Part shown: positions 58,830-64,000 of the stretch, piece after piece | Layout: each line of letters starts with the position of its first letter | How positions within the stretch are numbered: position 1 is the stretch's first letter | Virus record (IMG/VR): IMGVR_UViG_3300012943_000386 | Location: 37,662 to 101,661 of that record | DNA: 64,000 nucleotides | Strand: one strand, 5' to 3' | From: a virus | Taxonomy: Duplodnaviria > Heunggongvirae > Uroviricota > Caudoviricetes | Translations under genes and position numbers: made by a program | Notes under the pieces: model-generated | Databases searched by the model: none | The model's input: only the letters and a program-made list of their open reading frames with translations | What the model was told of the DNA's origin: nothing

Positions 58830-60707
58830 TTATCCCATGAAGAATGAGGTATTGCCGAAGTTGACACCACCATTGCCAACCTCGAAGTCATTCACCTGAC
58901 GAACGAGATCAGTCTTTTGTTCCGTGCTACGAGCTAGCAGCGTATCACCGTTGAGGGTGAGGCCGCCTTGCGCGCCAGGAAGGGTGCCGTACTTTGAGCG
59001 GATCATGCCAAGTTGTTCCATGGCGTCGGCATATGCCCAGCCCTGGATCCACATCTTTGTCCAGCGGTCGTTGATGAGCTCCTGCTCTTCACGCTCCATG
59101 ACAACCTCAAGCACAACGCGCTCGGTCTGCTGGAGCAGGCGACGATGGATCTGCAGCTCACGACGAGCCTCGTTCCACGTGAAGGCGATGCTGCCAGCGA
59201 AGATACGCTCATACAGCTCTGAGAGCTGGTTCATAAGGTGGATCGACAGCACGTCAACGTTTGAGCCCTGATAGAGCTGGTTGAAGAACGCCTGCGCATA
59301 GAGGCCTGTCTCAGATGAGAGCGATGAGATGCCAAGCTGGTTGATGCGGTGGATCTTGATGATGTTCACGACCTTGTCGGTCTTGTCGCGAGGGTCGTTG
59401 AGGTAGTAGGTATCCTGACCGCCTGGAATTCCACCCTTCAGCGTGAATGAGATGAAGCGTGGTTCGTACGCGTTGTCAAGGCGGCGACGTGCCTCGCCTA
59501 GGGCATTGTTAATGGCAACCTCAAAGTTTCGCTGGTCAAGCTCAACGCAGATGGCTGGATAACCAAGCTGGGTCTTGACCGTCTGCGTGAGCTGCAGTCG
59601 GGCTGCGGCGGTACCATCTGTACCAACGCCGACCTTCTCTTGAAGCGGAACACCCTGTTCAGCGGTGTCGGCGCGCGTCCAACCAGATCCTGTCCACACG
59701 AGCAGCTCACGTGATGAGGTCTCATAGAAGAAGTCACCAACGTTTGGAACAACCGGAAGGAATGGGCCAAAGATGCTGTCATACGAAGGTGGTGAGATTG
59801 GAACCCAGTCACCGCCGAAGAACACGTTGACCATGTCAGGTGTTGGATTATACCACTGGCCAACGCTTGAGAGCTTGATGTAGAACGTCTTAGGTGCCGA
59901 GATGGCGGCCTGATACGTGATGAAGATGAAGTCGCCGGTTACTGGGCTCGCTGGGTAATCAACGGCCTCGACGATGCTGGTGAATGGCGCCCATGTGCCG
60001 CCCATCTTGACGCGCGTGTTTGCACCAGTGCAGAGCACCCATGAAGTGCCATCGAAGAACTTGAGCTGGTTGGTTCCTGGAACGTAGAACAGCTGAGCAG
60101 GCGCAATCTTTGGAACTGGACCAGTTGAGACTGGAAGCTGGTTCGCCTTGAGCCATGCGCTCTGCGCGTTGTTCCAAACGAGCACCGTGTTGGTGGTTGG
60201 ATCGTAGTAAAGCTGACCCTCGGCTGGGTTCTGCGGTGGAACAGTTGCCTGAGGAATTGAGCCAGCGAACGGGCTGGACTTGCGCACCTGAGGATCGTTG
60301 GCCTCAAGCGGGTATGACTGCACGCCTAGCGTGTAGTACTGAAGGATGTTTGACGCGGCATGGATCGACGCGTAGTAGACCTTGTTTGGGTCAAGCGTGT
60401 TGACCGTGACAGAGGTCTGGGTGATGTTGTCGCCGAAGAACCCGTAGAACGCGGCAACCACCTGAGCCTTACCAATCTTGTCGACTGGCGTTCCCCATGC
60501 GAGGGAGCCGTTGTAGCGAGTACCGTCGATTGGAAAGTCTTGGGCTGTAAGTGGCTCTTCAGACAGGAGAACCACGGCACCATCATATGCGATGGGCGCG
60601 GTTGGCAGCGTCCAGGTAATCTGCAGCGTGGTCGGCGTCGGCTTGACAGCAGTCAAGGTCATTGCGCGACCGTCAGTCCAGAGATCAAGTGTCGTAAGCT
60701 GTGTCAT
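58830..60707 (-). CDS. large virion structural protein (625 aa), baseplate-wedge-like
   Basis: Late motif 27 nt upstream. Size and composition fit a baseplate component. Confidence 0.5.
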   Translation of the reverse strand: MTQLTTLDLWTDGRAMTLTAVKPTPTTLQITWTLPTAPIAYDGAVVLLSEEPLTAQDFPIDGTRYNGSLAWGTPVDKIGKAQVVAAFYGFFGDNITQTSVTVNTLDPNKVYYASIHAASNILQYYTLGVQSYPLEANDPQVRKSSPFAGSIPQATVPPQNPAEGQLYYDPTTNTVLVWNNAQSAWLKANQLPVSTGPVPKIAPAQLFYVPGTNQLKFFDGTSWVLCTGANTRVKMGGTWAPFTSIVEAVDYPASPVTGDFIFITYQAAISAPKTFYIKLSSVGQWYNPTPDMVNVFFGGDWVPISPPSYDSIFGPFLPVVPNVGDFFYETSSRELLVWTGSGWTRADTAEQGVPLQEKVGVGTDGTAAARLQLTQTVKTQLGYPAICVELDQRNFEVAINNALGEARRRLDNAYEPRFISFTLKGGIPGGQDTYYLNDPRDKTDKVVNIIKIHRINQLGISSLSSETGLYAQAFFNQLYQGSNVDVLSIHLMNQLSELYERIFAGSIAFTWNEARRELQIHRRLLQQTERVVLEVVMEREEQELINDRWTKMWIQGWAYADAMEQLGMIRSKYGTLPGAQGGLTLNGDTLLARSTEQKTDLVRQVNDFEVGNGGVNFGNTSFFMG

Positions 60708-60733
60708 TTAGAAAGCCCAGGGTGTGCCATCGA

Positions 60734-60742
60734 GTATTTATG
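60734..60742 (-). promoter_or_regulatory. late promoter motif CATAAATAC
   Basis: 27 nt upstream of the 625-aa virion gene ATG 60707. Confidence 0.4.
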
Positions 60743-60782
60743 CTGATTGGGAGTGCCGCCTAAATATCGAAAAGGAGAGCAC

Positions 60783-61046
60783 ATGGCAGTCCCACGAGCA
60801 CGCCCAAAGGTCATTCCGCACCTGCTGATGCCAGGAGAGACCATCACTGGGGCCATCAAAAAGTACAACCTATACGATGTTTCGAAGGATGAGATGACTG
60901 GGCTGCTAAGAACGTTCAACACCACCAACACGGCTAACGTGTTTCGGCCTGGTAACAGGGTGATGGTGCCAATCCTTGAGCGCCATCAAGAGGCCGTGTT
61001 CAATCTGCCTCAGCCGTCCAAGAACTCTGACAGCACGTCGATCTGA
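60783..61046 (+). CDS. small LysM-domain protein (only convincing plus-strand gene)
   Basis: ATG 60783-60785 with AAGGAG RBS 5 nt upstream. HLLMPGETITGAIKKYNLYDVSKDEMTGLLRTFN...VFRPGNRVMVPI fits LysM (YxVxxGDTLxxIAxKY...L...N...L..GQxLxIP). ORF-track start 60747 is TTG. Confidence 0.55.
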   Translation: MAVPRARPKVIPHLLMPGETITGAIKKYNLYDVSKDEMTGLLRTFNTTNTANVFRPGNRVMVPILERHQEAVFNLPQPSKNSDSTSI

Positions 61047-61279
61047 GCTTCAAGCTCAACCTTTTTAGCCTTGAGATTTGACACTGCAGCGCCGACAACA
61101 TCGGCTCCATGCTGACGCGCCTGGCGTGGCCAGTCGGTCGTGGTAAGGCGGGTGATGGAGGTTGACACGAGCTTGTGCTCATTGATCAGCTTCTGACGGT
61201 ATTCGTCGGAGAATTGCTGCATGATGGTTTCCTTATTCGATGATTTCTTTGATGATAATATTCTAGCGAGCCACTTCAC
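61010..61279 (-). CDS. hypothetical coiled-coil protein
   Basis: ORF track; 3' end overlaps the LysM gene convergently. Confidence 0.4.
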   Translation of the reverse strand: MKWLARILSSKKSSNKETIMQQFSDEYRQKLINEHKLVSTSITRLTTTDWPRQARQHGADVVGAAVSNLKAKKVELEAQIDVLSEFLDG

Positions 61280-61281
61280 GG

Positions 61282-61704
61282 CTATTCCTCTTGAGGTTCT
61301 GTACTCTGTGCTGCGTTGATGCTCTTTTCAATTGTCTTGAACTGCGGAAGATCGTGGCCGCAGGCACGCATCCATTTTATGTCTTCAGCTGCTGAGCCTG
61401 GCCTACCGTCTCTCACCTTCCAGAGAATACCTCTCAGCACCTCAGGAATGGCGACCTTTATGATCTCATCGCGATGCTCAGCCCACTCTGCCTCTGACTT
61501 CTTGTCTGCCGTAGCAGCATCAGTTGTTCCATCGCTGTGAAACAAAACGTTGACGCCATGGTAGTCCTCGCCGTATGAGCTGTCATCATGCTCATTTGCG
61601 ACAACGAGCGCCATAATGTAATCGTCTTGTTTCTCAACATCAGTGCATGCAAAGCTAAGCTTCCTGGCCTCTGTGAGAACGAGAAGTTCTCTAAGAAGGC
61701 TCAT
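61282..61704 (-). CDS. hypothetical acidic protein (140 aa)
   Basis: ORF track. Confidence 0.45.
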   Translation of the reverse strand: MSLLRELLVLTEARKLSFACTDVEKQDDYIMALVVANEHDDSSYGEDYHGVNVLFHSDGTTDAATADKKSEAEWAEHRDEIIKVAIPEVLRGILWKVRDGRPGSAAEDIKWMRACGHDLPQFKTIEKSINAAQSTEPQEE

Positions 61705-62285
61705 ACCTTTGCGCCGAGGCGGTTGATAACCTTGTTAAGCTGATTGCGAACCACATTCATGTTGGTTAGGATCAGTGAGAAGTGCTTCTTCTTTTGAACA
61801 GGATCCTTAAGCTTGTGTGCCAGCGTGAGGCCGCGACGAGATGCCGCTAGGCGGGTCTCAAGCGTCTCAAGCGCGTCAGCAAGCGAGATGGCGGTAAGAT
61901 CAAGCGCGCCAGTCTTCTCAACTATAACACCCTCATCAACGTGCTGCGCCCTGAGCGTGCAAGTGTGCAGGCCGGCGAGCTCATCAATGTGCTCAGCAAG
62001 GTCGCGCAGGCTCTTGAAGCTGTTTAGTGGAATGTAGTAGGTGTGACCGTCAGTCTTGTCGCCGTGGTGCAGCTTGACCTCAACAACGAGCTTGTCGTTC
62101 TCTAGCGATAGCTTGGCCTCGCCGACGCAGTCCATGTCGTGGAAGCTGATCGTCGCTGAGTTAGCGTCAACCTTGCCGTCATGAAAGTTAGTCTGCCAGC
62201 CGTGCTCCTCGAGAGCGTCGACTATCTGCCGCAGCGTAGCTCCGCCAGCGGTCTCAGAAATTGCGACGAGTTCTTGAATAAGCAT
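61701..62285 (-). CDS. hypothetical protein (194 aa)
   Basis: ATG 62283-62285; late-like motif upstream. Confidence 0.45.
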   Translation of the reverse strand: MLIQELVAISETAGGATLRQIVDALEEHGWQTNFHDGKVDANSATISFHDMDCVGEAKLSLENDKLVVEVKLHHGDKTDGHTYYIPLNSFKSLRDLAEHIDELAGLHTCTLRAQHVDEGVIVEKTGALDLTAISLADALETLETRLAASRRGLTLAHKLKDPVQKKKHFSLILTNMNVVRNQLNKVINRLGAKV

Positions 62286-62304
62286 GTTCGCTCCTTTGCA
62301 GCCT

Positions 62305-62312
62305 GTATTTAG
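62305..62312 (-). promoter_or_regulatory. late-like motif CTAAATAC (weaker)
   Basis: ~20 nt upstream of ATG 62285. Confidence 0.25.
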
Positions 62313-63281
62313 TTACAGCCGCTCAACCTTGATTAGCTTCCAGCTGCTGAGACCTGGACGATCTGGGAAGCTGGTCTTTGACAGGCGCCGCACGGCACTG
62401 CGAAAAAGCTCCTCATCGTCAGCATCTCCAGCGCCGCTGACATCAACGTGACCATCATAGAGCTCCCATTGACCAGGAACGCTCTTGAGGTGGACGCGGT
62501 AGATGTTCTCGTTAAGCGCCTCGTCAATGCCCATCTTGTAGTTGTGCGAGCGGGCAGTGTCGATGAAAATTGAGCCTGGGCGCTCCTCACTGTATGGGTC
62601 GGCGTCGTGCCCCTGGTATGTGAGGCGATGATCGCCCTTCACAAACTCAGTCTTGAACATGTCAGAATGCTCGGCAGCCGGGTGCTGCTTGAAACCGAGG
62701 GTGCCAGCGATCTCCTTGAACTTTTCAAACTTCACACCGTCGTGCTTCAGCCACGTCTTGAAGGCGCCCTGTGTGGTTTCCTTGCTGTTCTGCGTGAAGC
62801 CGTGCCCCTTGAGCTGGCGCACCATGTCGTTGTGCAAGTTGAGCTTGCTTACCTTTGGAGCTGCGGCCTCCATGAAGCCGAGGCGCTTCATGAGGTCCTC
62901 ATAGGTATCAGCCTCATCATCGAGGCCATGCTTTGGCATCTTCGCGCCAAGCTCTTGGAACAGCTCTTCAGCGAAGTAGTCGAAAATGTCTGGGTCCCTA
63001 GAGGCGAAGCTGCGCCACACCTTGGCGAACTCATGTTCGCCTTCAAGCGCGCCAGCCTTCAGCTTAGGCTCCCATTCCTTGATGACCTCAACAGCGTATT
63101 CGCTGATTGGACCGCGACGCGGCTGCTTCTCGCGCTCCTCGCCATCCCATCTAGCACTTGCAACAATGTCGGAGCGCATGGTGTTTTTTCTGACGACCTT
63201 TGAGATCGCGTTGTAAAGCTTCTGCTGAGCAGCCGTAATCTTCTGCTCATTGAGCGAAATTAGTTCATTGATGAGCTTCAT
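62313..63281 (-). CDS. hypothetical protein (322 aa)
   Basis: ORF track. Confidence 0.5.
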   Translation of the reverse strand: MKLINELISLNEQKITAAQQKLYNAISKVVRKNTMRSDIVASARWDGEEREKQPRRGPISEYAVEVIKEWEPKLKAGALEGEHEFAKVWRSFASRDPDIFDYFAEELFQELGAKMPKHGLDDEADTYEDLMKRLGFMEAAAPKVSKLNLHNDMVRQLKGHGFTQNSKETTQGAFKTWLKHDGVKFEKFKEIAGTLGFKQHPAAEHSDMFKTEFVKGDHRLTYQGHDADPYSEERPGSIFIDTARSHNYKMGIDEALNENIYRVHLKSVPGQWELYDGHVDVSGAGDADDEELFRSAVRRLSKTSFPDRPGLSSWKLIKVERL

Positions 63282-63538
63282 AGGTGTTCTTCTACCATGT
63301 CATGTAGTTCATCCATCACAGACATAAACTGGATGGCGGAAATGTCGTGCTTGCCGGCAACGAGGTGCGACATACGATCGAGGATGTACTCGATCTGGTC
63401 GGCGCGATTGCCATGCGTTTCTTTCGCTGTAGCAAAGAGCTGCTTCTGCACATACTCACTGTTGAAGACCTCGTTAGCGATCTTCTCAGGGTTGAAGCGA
63501 TCAATCATGCGGTGCAGTTCTTGAAGTAGGGTTGTCAT
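63278..63538 (-). CDS. hypothetical protein (86 aa)
   Basis: ORF track. Confidence 0.4.
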   Translation of the reverse strand: MTTLLQELHRMIDRFNPEKIANEVFNSEYVQKQLFATAKETHGNRADQIEYILDRMSHLVAGKHDISAIQFMSVMDELHDMVEEHL

Positions 63539-63963
63539 TATTCCTCATCCTCATGGTCCTCGTCTTCATCCTCGTCTTCACGAGGCTTCTTCCTACCAGC
63601 ATGAGTTGAATTGACGCTCTTCTCAATGGCGTCAAGCTCGGGGTAGTTGAAGCCGGCGCCACGCGCCAGCTGAATAAGGGTGTGAGCGTAGTGCGTGCTG
63701 TGTTGCTTCACTAGCAACAGGAGGTGCTTGATGAAGTCCTCCTTCATGCTCTTCTGAATTGCGGAGAAACCAGGGTAGTTGTGACCAGCATCGCGCACCA
63801 GCTTGATAAGGTGGAGGACCTGCTCAGTGATCCCGTGCGACCCAGTGTTTCTCACCATTGAGAGAAGGTGCTTGACGACAGCGGTCTCGTCGAAGAAGTA
63901 CGGCTTGACGATGGCTGCGCCAGCGTGATAGTCATTGTCGAGGATGACGTGATTGGCGACCAA
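63538..63963 (-). CDS. hypothetical protein with internal helical repeat and poly-acidic C-terminus
   Basis: Repeat L..LI.L.R.AG.NYP...AI.KS occurs twice. Ends EDEDEDEDHEDEE. May extend past the window end. Confidence 0.4.
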   Translation of the reverse strand: MVANHVILDNDYHAGAAIVKPYFFDETAVVKHLLSMVRNTGSHGITEQVLHLIKLVRDAGHNYPGFSAIQKSMKEDFIKHLLLLVKQHSTHYAHTLIQLARGAGFNYPELDAIEKSVNSTHAGRKKPREDEDEDEDHEDEE

Positions 63964-64000
63964 GAGCTTCTTCAGCGCCTTCTCATCGCCGTGATGGCCG

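Noticed and set aside
1-64000. rRNA, tRNA, CRISPR arrays, transposases, integrases
   Set aside because: None detected. Noncoding spacers are all under 180 nt and are accounted for by promoters, RBSs and hairpins.

Overview
This window reads as one uninterrupted piece of a large, virulent, T4-superfamily-like myovirus genome (or an equivalent prophage). It is moderately GC-rich and almost every gene is on the minus strand, packed tightly with overlapping stop/start codons. Roughly 1-38 kb holds replication, recombination and nucleotide-metabolism genes: clamp-loader gp44/RFC-like, a possible gp62-like subunit, UvrD-like and UvsW-like helicases, UvsX, a possible UvsY, gp32 SSB, class Ia RNR NrdAB with an NrdH-like glutaredoxin, dCMP deaminase, GMP reductase, a GroES homolog and a Sir2 deacetylase. 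This region also carries a striking split, miniaturised DnaE/PolIII-alpha-like palm domain encoded as two ORFs 8.4 kb apart. About 38-64 kb is a late module: an SPFH/flotillin protein, a gp17-like large terminase, tail sheath, tail tube, an Ig-repeat protein and large virion and baseplate-like proteins. Accessory cargo includes a Thg1-like 3'-5' polymerase next to a 2H phosphoesterase, a polynucleotide-kinase-like P-loop kinase near an HD hydrolase, a 560-aa protein with a PEP-utilising-enzyme phosphohistidine domain, a host-like Tat-secreted DUF1552 protein, a GH108 lysozyme and two T7-endonuclease-I-like paralogs. At least eleven T4-type late-promoter motifs (ATAAATAC) lie on the minus strand upstream of structural, lysis, gp32 and GroES genes. 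A separate early-promoter family, (T/G)TGTAC-N16-18-TAnAAT, is sometimes preceded by a CCAGTTAACATAA element. The only convincing plus-strand gene is a small LysM protein embedded antisense in the late operon. No tRNA, rRNA, CRISPR array or transposase was found. All motif coordinates were hand-counted and may be off by 1-2 nt.
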